DNA of 64,000 nucleotides from Candidatus Sumerlaeaceae bacterium. Lineage in GTDB: Bacteria; Sumerlaeota; Sumerlaeia; Sumerlaeales; Sumerlaeaceae. The notes under the pieces are model-generated. The model searched no databases. It saw only the letters and a program-made list of their open reading frames with translations, and was not told where the DNA came from. The position numbers and the translations under genes were made by a program. This document shows, one piece after another, positions 27,640-35,787 of this stretch. Where the stretch lies: contig JBMFRB010000002.1 of the NCBI GenBank assembly GCA_049968255.1, forward strand, positions 288,001-352,000, in the 5' to 3' direction. How positions within the stretch are numbered: position 1 is the stretch's first letter; every line of letters starts with the position of its first letter.

Positions 27640-29073
27640 ATGTCCAATGTTTTAGTTCTTGGTGTCGGTCCTTTACCCATAGACCCAACGGAGCGCCTGC
27701 ATGCTCCGGGCATCCGCGTCTGGCATCTGGCAAATGTTATCTATCGTCAGGGGCACAGCGTGGTCTTGGGAATCATTGAATTCGGGGATTTTCGGGACAA
27801 CCCTGAGGCAGCCAGCCGCCCCCGACAGGAGTCTGTGGGTGATCGCTTCAGCGTGTGCCGATTCCATTATCATTCTCAACGCACGCCAACGGCCATTGCC
27901 ACGCTTCACGAGCGTTGCAAGTTTCACTGCATCGTCTCAACTACCGACATCATGAATGACGCGGCGGCCCGAGTGCCGGTGCGTTTGCCGTTGTGGCTCG
28001 ATTATCTTGGCGACCCGTTGTGCGAGCGTCAGCTTCAGGCCGCAACTTTCGACAATGATGCATCGCTGCTCGATCTCTGGCGCGTGATGCTCGAAGCGCT
28101 TTTGCACGGCGACCATTTCAGCGTGGCTAGCACGCCCCAAAAATACACGCTCATTGGTCAGCTTGGCCTTGCAGGGCGGCTCAATCAGTTTACTGCTGCA
28201 CATGATCTTGTGTCTGTCATCCCCAATAGTGCTCGGGGAATCCTTGGGCAATCAGGCGCACAGCGACGGTTGATTAAAGGGTTCCTCATTCCAGCGGAAT
28301 CTTTTTTGTTGCTCTGGGCAGGGGGATATAACACCTGGACGGATCCCGAGACACTTTTTCATGGCCTGGAGCTCGCTATGCGCCGCGATGCTGACATTTA
28401 CTTTGTTTCGGTAGGCGGCGAGATACCCGGGCACGATAATGTGACATTTAAGCGTTTTCGTGAGATGTGCGAGGCGAGCGATTTGCGTTCGCATTTCGTC
28501 TTCATTGGTTGGGTCCCCCCCAGTGAGATGCCCAATTATTACATGCAGGCTGATGCGGCGATAAATATAGATCTTCCATGCTATGAGGCCGAAATTGGGA
28601 CACGTACGCGACTAGTGGACTGGATCGATTACGAGATTCCGGTGGTGACGACAGCGTTGTGCGAACCTGCCAAAATTCTGGCTGAGCGCAAACTTGTCGA
28701 ATCTTTTGAACCCGCTAGTCCCAAAAGCTTGGCTGATGCACTGGTACGGCTGAAAGAACACCACGAAGAAGCGAAAGTTCGAGCCCAAAAAGCGCGTACG
28801 TTCTTAGACGAACTTTTTGACGAAAAAAGAGACTTCGCCCCCTTGCTCGAATGGGTCGCAAACCCGACCTTAGCTCCTGATCGCCGTGTATCGGATCCTG
28901 GCGTGGCATCTCGTTCGTTGGATGTGCTTTTCCCCGATTGCGAAGTGGCTTACAAAAACGCCGAGCTACTGAGGCGCTTTTGTGGCGTTGCTGGTCGAAA
29001 AGGGGGGCCTTCCGCGACGACGTCATTTTGGCAGCGCGTGAAGAGGAGATTTTGGGGACGTCACAACAACTAA
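27640..29073 (+). CDS. GT-B glycosyltransferase-like protein
   Basis: APGIRVW, LWAGG...W.DP, FIGWVP and RTRLVDW...IPVVTT motifs; basic amphipathic C-terminal tail. Confidence 0.75.
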   Translation: MSNVLVLGVGPLPIDPTERLHAPGIRVWHLANVIYRQGHSVVLGIIEFGDFRDNPEAASRPRQESVGDRFSVCRFHYHSQRTPTAIATLHERCKFHCIVSTTDIMNDAAARVPVRLPLWLDYLGDPLCERQLQAATFDNDASLLDLWRVMLEALLHGDHFSVASTPQKYTLIGQLGLAGRLNQFTAAHDLVSVIPNSARGILGQSGAQRRLIKGFLIPAESFLLLWAGGYNTWTDPETLFHGLELAMRRDADIYFVSVGGEIPGHDNVTFKRFREMCEASDLRSHFVFIGWVPPSEMPNYYMQADAAINIDLPCYEAEIGTRTRLVDWIDYEIPVVTTALCEPAKILAERKLVESFEPASPKSLADALVRLKEHHEEAKVRAQKARTFLDELFDEKRDFAPLLEWVANPTLAPDRRVSDPGVASRSLDVLFPDCEVAYKNAELLRRFCGVAGRKGGPSATTSFWQRVKRRFWGRHNN

Positions 29074-29202
29074 GCAAAGACCTGGCACGAAAAGGGGCGA
29101 TTTGCCCACGCGCATGAAAAGCGCTCTCTCCACTATGTAGTCAGAGAAGGAAACAGATCGCATGTGTTCTGTTTCGATTCCTCTCTGAGACGGAAGGCTT
29201 TG

Positions 29203-30309
29203 ATGAGCACAATCGCATTAGAAACTCTATGGGCGGCGCTGCGCACCGTCATTGAGCCAGAGCTTGGCCGAGATATCGTGTCGCTGAATATGGTGAGAGA
29301 TTTGCAAGTTTGCGACGATGGCAAGGTCAGTGTGACAATAGTCCTGACGACGCCTGCCTGTCCTCTGAAAGCGGAGATTCAGGGCTCTGTGACGCGGGCC
29401 CTTATGCAGATTCCCGGTGTGCGACAGGTTGACGTGCAAATGACTGCAAACGTAACAAGCACGTGGACGTCTCAGGACCTCACGCCAGGAGTGCGCAACA
29501 TTATTGGGATCGCTTCGGCCAAGGGCGGAGTGGGGAAATCTACGGTAGCAGCCAACCTAGCCGTGGCACTTGCGAAGCTCGGGGCTAAAGTCGGTCTCCT
29601 AGACGCCGACATCTATGGTCCAAACATCCCCTTGATGTTTGGACTTCGCCAAGCTCAACCAGAAATTCGGACATATCCTCAATCCAATGGCGAGGAAATT
29701 GATAAACTGGTCCCCGTGGAGAATTACGGTGTTCGTGTCATGTCCATGGGCTTTCTCATTGATGAAGACCAACCCGTGATATGGCGCGGGCCTATGCTCA
29801 ATAGTGCGCTTCGCCAATTCTTGGGCCAGGTAGATTGGGGCGAATTGGATTACTTGATCGTCGATCTGCCGCCGGGGACGGGGGATGTGCAGATATCGCT
29901 GATCCAGCTCACGAAAATAACGGGAATCGTCCACGTGACGACTCCGCAAGAAGTGGCTCTGCAAGACGTGCGTAAGGGCATCACGATGTTTCGTTCCCAA
30001 AACATTGCGCTTTTGGGGATTATCGAAAATATGAGCTATTTTGTTTGTCCGAAGTGCGGTGAAGAGACGGCTATCTTTTCGCGGGGCGGTGGGCGCGAAG
30101 TTGCTGCCACCTACGGGATTCCTTTCCTTGGAGAGATTCCTCTCGTACCGCAGATCCGTGAAGCGGGAGACTCCGGTATGCCCATCGTCGCAGCTGCCCC
30201 GGAGAGCCAAATCGCCCAAAAGTACGTGGAGATCGCTACTCAGTTAGCAAGCCAGGTAAGTATGGCAAATTTCGCGCGGCAGAGCGAACTCATCCAGGCA
30301 AGGGAGTAG
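29203..30309 (+). CDS. Mrp/ApbC (NBP35 family) Fe-S cluster carrier ATPase
   Basis: N-terminal DUF59-like TTPACP, KGGVGKST, DADIYGP, WRGPM, DLPPGTGD and ENMS..CPKC motifs. Confidence 0.95.
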   Translation: MSTIALETLWAALRTVIEPELGRDIVSLNMVRDLQVCDDGKVSVTIVLTTPACPLKAEIQGSVTRALMQIPGVRQVDVQMTANVTSTWTSQDLTPGVRNIIGIASAKGGVGKSTVAANLAVALAKLGAKVGLLDADIYGPNIPLMFGLRQAQPEIRTYPQSNGEEIDKLVPVENYGVRVMSMGFLIDEDQPVIWRGPMLNSALRQFLGQVDWGELDYLIVDLPPGTGDVQISLIQLTKITGIVHVTTPQEVALQDVRKGITMFRSQNIALLGIIENMSYFVCPKCGEETAIFSRGGGREVAATYGIPFLGEIPLVPQIREAGDSGMPIVAAAPESQIAQKYVEIATQLASQVSMANFARQSELIQARE

Positions 30310-30311
30310 CG

Positions 30312-31433
30312 ATGAGTAGCAAAGGTGTGCGCAAGGAATCAATGAGTGTCCTCAGCGTATCGCAGCTTCCCCCGACGCAGCGAGACGGCAAATATGTTTT
30401 ACTGGGGGCCGATTTGCGAGAACTGCGTAATCTTGTCGAGCAGGCTGGCATGCCAGCTTTTCGTGCCAAACAACTCTTTCACTGGATGTATCACCGAGCT
30501 GCGCTTGCGTTCGAAGAGATGCACAACATCTCGCGCGGTTTCCAGCAATGGCTGGAAGAGCACTGTACTCTTGGTTATATTGATATCGCTGATGTCCGCG
30601 AGTCCCAGGACGGTTCAAAGAAAATCATTTTTCGCCTCGCCGATGGAAAGTTTGTCGAAAGCGTTTTGATCAAAGAAGACGATTGGTTCACGCTCTGCAT
30701 CTCTTCTCAGGTTGGTTGCGCAGTCGGTTGCACATTCTGCATGACGGGCTTTGGTGGTTTTCAGCGCAACATGACGCGAGCGGAGATTCTTGCTCAAGTT
30801 CTCCTCGTTAAGCGTGCAATCCACGGGGAACTACCTCGTAATGTTGTTCTCATGGGGATGGGAGAACCGCTTCTCAATCTCGAGGAAGTCATTCCCGCCC
30901 TGAAAGTCATGGTTGATCCCGAGGGCATTGCTATCGCGGCAAGGCGAGTGACCGTTTCGACAAGTGGAATCATCCCGGCGATGAAGAAGTTGGGGGAAGC
31001 GGATCTTGGCGTGAGTTTGGCGGTTTCTCTCAATGCGACAACCGATTCCGTGCGCGATGTTCTCATGCCGATCAATAAAACCTATCCAATCCAGGCTCTG
31101 CTTGACGCGTGTCGCGAGTATCCATTGCGTCCGCGCCGGCGCATCACATTCGAATACGTGCTTCTCAAGGACATCAATGATTCGCTTGAAGATGCTCGTC
31201 GACTGGCGCGGTTACTTCAGGGAATCCCGTGCAAAGTGAACCTTATCCCTTTCAACTCAGATCCTCATCTTCCTTTTGAACGACCACCCGAGGAGCGTGT
31301 GTTGGCCTTTCAGGACTATCTGTATCGAAAAAATTACACCGCCATCATTCGCTACTCAAAAGGGCTCGATGTAAACGGTGCGTGCGGGCAACTTGCTGCA
31401 CATTGGCGAGCACTTGCTCAGCAGGAGAGATGA
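30312..31433 (+). CDS. rlmN: Dual-specificity rRNA/tRNA m2A methyltransferase
   Basis: CISSQVGCAVGCTFC, MGMGEP and the terminal GACGQL motif. Confidence 0.96.
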   Translation: MSSKGVRKESMSVLSVSQLPPTQRDGKYVLLGADLRELRNLVEQAGMPAFRAKQLFHWMYHRAALAFEEMHNISRGFQQWLEEHCTLGYIDIADVRESQDGSKKIIFRLADGKFVESVLIKEDDWFTLCISSQVGCAVGCTFCMTGFGGFQRNMTRAEILAQVLLVKRAIHGELPRNVVLMGMGEPLLNLEEVIPALKVMVDPEGIAIAARRVTVSTSGIIPAMKKLGEADLGVSLAVSLNATTDSVRDVLMPINKTYPIQALLDACREYPLRPRRRITFEYVLLKDINDSLEDARRLARLLQGIPCKVNLIPFNSDPHLPFERPPEERVLAFQDYLYRKNYTAIIRYSKGLDVNGACGQLAAHWRALAQQER

Positions 31434-31437
31434 GGCA

Positions 31438-32211
31438 ATGGTTGAGTCCGTCCCCGTGATCTCTTGGCGTTTCCGTGAGTACGTACTAACTCCATCTTTT
31501 ATGCACCTTCCGTGGCTTGCGGTAGGAACGAGCACACGTCAGCTCGTGCCTCCAATGTCTCGTAGTTCCGATGCAGCATTGGCAATGCGAACCGCGCTGC
31601 AGCTCGAAAAGCTTCCAGTTGTTTTTTGCAGGCAGCAGCACACCGATCGCATACATGTCATTCGCGACGCCGGGGAATTGCGATTTGAGAATCCTAGTCA
31701 GCACGTCGTCATTGACTCTTGCGATGGGTTGATTACTTGTGTTGCTGGGCTCGCTTTGGCAATCTTCACCGCAGACTGTGTGCCAATTGTTTTTATCGAG
31801 GCCGCTCGTCGAATCGTGGGAGTTGTGCATGCTGGCTGGCGTGGCACCTATGCGCAGATAGCTTTGCGTGCGTTGGAAAAAATTACACAACTGGACGGAC
31901 AATTGGCTAACGTTTGGGTGTGGCTTGGCCCTGCGATCGGTGGATGCTGTTACGAAATCGGCGAAGAGCTGGCAAATGACTTTGCAAAGAGGTTCCAACA
32001 TTTGGCTTCACTCGATGGAGCGTTTCTTAGCGGACGCTATCTCGATTTGATTCAACTTAATAGGCTGCAACTCATCTCTGCGGGTATTCCTGGCTCGCAC
32101 ATCAAGGCGAGTGGCATTTGCACGAAGCACTCGCTGGACCGTTTTTACTCGTATCGTGCGGAAGGCGAACAAGCGGGCCGGATTGTGACAATGATTGCGC
32201 GCACTGAGTGA
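31438..32211 (+). CDS. pgeF: PgeF/YfiH family (peptidoglycan editing factor / purine nucleoside phosphorylase-like)
   Basis: QQH, TADCVP, HAGWRG, GPAIGGCCYE and FYSYR motifs. Confidence 0.92.
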   Translation: MVESVPVISWRFREYVLTPSFMHLPWLAVGTSTRQLVPPMSRSSDAALAMRTALQLEKLPVVFCRQQHTDRIHVIRDAGELRFENPSQHVVIDSCDGLITCVAGLALAIFTADCVPIVFIEAARRIVGVVHAGWRGTYAQIALRALEKITQLDGQLANVWVWLGPAIGGCCYEIGEELANDFAKRFQHLASLDGAFLSGRYLDLIQLNRLQLISAGIPGSHIKASGICTKHSLDRFYSYRAEGEQAGRIVTMIARTE

Positions 32212-33155
32212 GACAGCGCATGAACTCGTCTCCCGAGGTGATCGTGATTACGGGGCCGACGGCTGTAGGCAAAACCGCGGCAGCAATAGAACTAGCGAGA
32301 CGGCTGCGAACCGAAGTTATCTCAGCCGATTCGATGCAAGTCTACAAGGTGCTTTCGATTGGTACCGCCAAGCCTACTGCGGACGAGCTCCAAGGTGTTA
32401 CTTATCATCTCGTGGATTTTGTGGACCCGAATTATCAATTTAACCTGGGAGATTATGTTGCTCTGGCCACGCCCATTGTGGAAAGGCTCACAGCACAAGG
32501 GCGCACGCCTATTGTTTGCGGTGGCACCTGCATGTACCTCAAGGGCCTGCTCCATGGAGTTTTTGATTTGCCCTCGCGCGACGAATCGGTCAGACGGATG
32601 TTGGCCGCACGCTGCGAACGTGATGGAGTGGGGGCCCTCTATGCGGAGCTGCGCAACATTGATCCACACGCAACGCACATCATGCCCAACGACCGCCAAC
32701 GGATTTTGCGCGCGTTAGAAGTTTTTTATGTCACGGGTAAGCCAATTTCTCAGCTCCAACGTCAGTTTCGCTCCGAGATGCGTTATAAGGCGGCAATCTT
32801 TGTGCTCAATATGGAGCGCGCCAAACTCTACAAAAGAATCGAAGAGCGAGTTAATCACATGTTATCATCGGGTTGGGTACAGGAGGTTGAAGAATACATG
32901 CGAGCTGGGTACTCACTGGAAAATCCAGCAATTCGTGCTCTTGGTTATCAGGAAATCATCGCGTACTTGCGGGGTGAGACGACTTATGAGGAGGCTGTGA
33001 AGGCTATCAAGCGTAAGACCCGTAACTTTGCAAAGCGCCAGCTCACATGGCTTCGCGCGATGAAGGACGCCACTTGGGTGGATGTCGAATCCAAATCGTC
33101 GGAGGAAATTGCACTCGAGATTATGAAGAGAGTGTCGCCGCACGCAAATGGGTGA
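32208..33155 (+). CDS. miaA: tRNA dimethylallyltransferase
   Basis: GPTAVGKT, SADSMQVY, GTAKP, RILRALEV and AKRQLTW motifs. Confidence 0.97.
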   Translation: MRQRMNSSPEVIVITGPTAVGKTAAAIELARRLRTEVISADSMQVYKVLSIGTAKPTADELQGVTYHLVDFVDPNYQFNLGDYVALATPIVERLTAQGRTPIVCGGTCMYLKGLLHGVFDLPSRDESVRRMLAARCERDGVGALYAELRNIDPHATHIMPNDRQRILRALEVFYVTGKPISQLQRQFRSEMRYKAAIFVLNMERAKLYKRIEERVNHMLSSGWVQEVEEYMRAGYSLENPAIRALGYQEIIAYLRGETTYEEAVKAIKRKTRNFAKRQLTWLRAMKDATWVDVESKSSEEIALEIMKRVSPHANG

Positions 33156-33249
33156 TCGTTTTTCGTTGCGCTGCGTTTGGCGCACCGCTTAGCCTAGCAA
33201 TCGTATTCAGTTTTCCGAAACAACGATGGGTGAAAAGGGAGTTTTTTGA

Positions 33250-33639
33250 ATGCCGAAAGCAGCAGGTAACCTTCAGGACAGCGTGCTCAATCAACTCCGC
33301 AAGGACAACGCGGAGGTAGAATTTTTCTTTTTGTCTGGGAAATCCATTCGCGGAACTGTGAGAGGGTTTGACAACTTCACCATCATCGTCCGCGACACTG
33401 AAGGACATCATCACCTTGTTTACAAACACGCTGTAGCGCACGTGGCAAGCGAGAGACCCTTTGGTCTGCGCCAACAACAACCTGCTGCTGGACAGAAGCG
33501 CGTTGCACCTCAACCGAAAACCGAGGAGAGCGAAAGTGGGGAGGGCGCGTCAAAGGCGCCTGAAGATTCGGAAAAGAAAAAAGGCGGAAAGGAGCCTTTT
33601 AATCGGATTGATCTCTCGCAAATAAAACTTTCCGAATAA
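33250..33639 (+). CDS. hfq: RNA chaperone Hfq with a long C-terminal tail
   Basis: LQDSVLN helix, FDNFTI and LVYKHA motifs; classic miaA-hfq order. Confidence 0.93.
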   Translation: MPKAAGNLQDSVLNQLRKDNAEVEFFFLSGKSIRGTVRGFDNFTIIVRDTEGHHHLVYKHAVAHVASERPFGLRQQQPAAGQKRVAPQPKTEESESGEGASKAPEDSEKKKGGKEPFNRIDLSQIKLSE

Positions 33640-33668
33640 GGGGAATTCTTTTCCCCTTAAGATTTTTT
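33637..33668 (+). terminator. Hairpin terminator between convergent hfq and the radical SAM gene
   Basis: TAAGGGGAA-ttctt-TTCCCCTTA 9-bp stem followed by AGATTTTTT. Confidence 0.65.
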
Positions 33669-35723
33669 ATGCGGGAAAAGACGGGAGAGTTTTGAGACAA
33701 GTCCCTGGGGTTTCTGTGCATTCTGCAGTTGGGCCTCGAGGTATTCGCACTGCTTTTCAAGATCAAGAACGCGTAATTGCAGCTCGCTAACACGTTTTGC
33801 CTTTTTTGCACATTCCTCCTTAGCAATTCGCTCTTGTTCTCTGCATTGGGCAAGTTCCACCTCGAGCGCTTGAATCCGCGAGTTGAGCTTTTCGAGCTCC
33901 GATTGCAGTTGCTGCTGAAGAAGTTGCTCGGCTTCCCGTGCCCTTACGAGCGACGCCTCTTGAACGAGAATCGGGTCGGCGATCCATAAGTGAACTTCCT
34001 CTGGCTCCGGGGCATTTGCTTCGAACAGAAGCACCAACTGTCCTGCAGAAATTTCCTCAGGAATAGGGATGAGCAGCTCGCGCCAGCGGCCAGCAATGCG
34101 CCCATGATTTGGTCCAAAATGCTTTTCTGCGAGGACCACTCGCTGATCATTGCATAGACACGCAATTTCCAAGCGAGCGGAAGCGTTGCGCGCAGACAAA
34201 TAGCGTTCGCTTTTCTCAGGAAGCGAAAGCGCCATTTGGAGCACCGAGTTATCTGGAAAAGCGACCGAGGGAAAGACAATTGCGACCGTTGGAACGAGAG
34301 TGAGAACGGAGCGAGTGCCATTCTTCGCCGTGTAGGCCTGAAGCGCAATGGTGCCACTGCTTCTGAACGCTAACTGCGTGTTGGGGAGATAATGGAAAAA
34401 ACTCTGCAACGCATGCGTGGGAGCGGCCGGAAGCGAAGAAACAGCTTTCGCAATGGCGACAAGGGTAATTTCGTTCAGAAAGGACTGAAATTGCTCTTTG
34501 CTCACGTTGCCACAGCTGAAGCCACAAGCAAGAGCGGAGAGGGGACGGCTCGGCTGCTGCAAAGCTTGAAGTTTCGGCCGGCAGTACTCCCCTAGTGGGG
34601 TCTTCTCCACTGGAAAATAGGCCCGCCATTCGATGGTGCTTGCTTTGAGCGCCTTGAAGAATGTCAGCGTTTCCTGCTCATGTGACTCATTCTCAAGGGG
34701 CAGACCTAACATCACGCGAGCACAAATTTTTATCCCAATTTCTGCTGCCAAATCACAGGTATTCACAATGCACTCGTTCAGCAGATTTCTTGTCGCAATG
34801 CGCTTGCGGAATTGCTCGTTGCCCGTTTCGACGCCTATATTGAGAATGCGACATCCCCCTTGGTATAGAAGCTCAAGTGCTTCTCGGTCGAGGCGCTCAA
34901 CTGCAACTGTGGCCTCCCACGGAGGAAGCTCTAAGCCTCGCACATGCTGGAGGAAGGCGCGTAGCCACGTTTTGGTCACCGGAAACATTTCATCCGTGAA
35001 CACAATACGCGAATAAGACCTGCGCCGAAGTGCGCCAAGAAGCTCGCCAGCCACGTGTCCCGCAGCGCGAGGGCGGTAAAAATCTCCTTTTCCAGCATAG
35101 GCCCGAGCCATCAAGGGGACAAAACAGAATGTGCATTCGTGGGGGCATCCGAGAGACGCACGCAAAGCGAGTGGGGCATCGTCCGGAAACCTTAGCCAAT
35201 CGTTTTCTATGAGTGAGCGGTCTGGCAGCGGCAGGACATCCGGATTATCGATCAGTGGGCGGAGAGGATTTCGCGCGATTTCGCCATCGGCTCTGCGCAG
35301 CCAGAGATTTCTAATTTGCGAGAATTTTTCTTCTCTATCCCAAACTCCGACAAGCTCGAAAAGCGCGCTCTCTGGCTCACCTGCGACGATGTAATCGAAA
35401 CCTGGGTGATGGAGGATCGTTTCGGGTGCCAGAACCGTGTAAGGCCCTACGGCGATTGTTTGAACATTTGGATATTTTTGCCGGAATCTCTGCGCAAAAT
35501 CGGCTGTTGCCGAAAAGTTAAACTCGTCCAAATAAAAAATCGCCACGTTCGGCGTTGTCTCAAGGCGTTGCGAAACTTGTTCACATGACTCAAACCATCC
35601 AAAGAGTGTGCTTCGCACATCGTGGTTAGCATCGGCTAACATTTGGTGCATGGTGCCAATTTCCAGCAGATGGCTCGCACGGGATGGAGCGCCCACGTCG
35701 CAGTACAAAAATGCAGCTCGCAT
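33657..35723 (-). CDS. Cobalamin-binding-type radical SAM protein with a C-terminal beta domain and coiled coil
   Basis: DYIVAGEPE, LPLPDRSL, CPHECTFC (CxxxCxxC), GVETG and MLGLP motifs; heptad-rich C-terminus. Confidence 0.85.
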   Translation of the reverse strand: MRAAFLYCDVGAPSRASHLLEIGTMHQMLADANHDVRSTLFGWFESCEQVSQRLETTPNVAIFYLDEFNFSATADFAQRFRQKYPNVQTIAVGPYTVLAPETILHHPGFDYIVAGEPESALFELVGVWDREEKFSQIRNLWLRRADGEIARNPLRPLIDNPDVLPLPDRSLIENDWLRFPDDAPLALRASLGCPHECTFCFVPLMARAYAGKGDFYRPRAAGHVAGELLGALRRRSYSRIVFTDEMFPVTKTWLRAFLQHVRGLELPPWEATVAVERLDREALELLYQGGCRILNIGVETGNEQFRKRIATRNLLNECIVNTCDLAAEIGIKICARVMLGLPLENESHEQETLTFFKALKASTIEWRAYFPVEKTPLGEYCRPKLQALQQPSRPLSALACGFSCGNVSKEQFQSFLNEITLVAIAKAVSSLPAAPTHALQSFFHYLPNTQLAFRSSGTIALQAYTAKNGTRSVLTLVPTVAIVFPSVAFPDNSVLQMALSLPEKSERYLSARNASARLEIACLCNDQRVVLAEKHFGPNHGRIAGRWRELLIPIPEEISAGQLVLLFEANAPEPEEVHLWIADPILVQEASLVRAREAEQLLQQQLQSELEKLNSRIQALEVELAQCREQERIAKEECAKKAKRVSELQLRVLDLEKQCEYLEAQLQNAQKPQGLVSKLSRLFPHKKS

Positions 35724-35787
35724 GAGCTTCCTTTTGAGAAAACTCTCGTTTCAAAGCAAGGTTTTACTCAACGATTTACTGTCTGGC

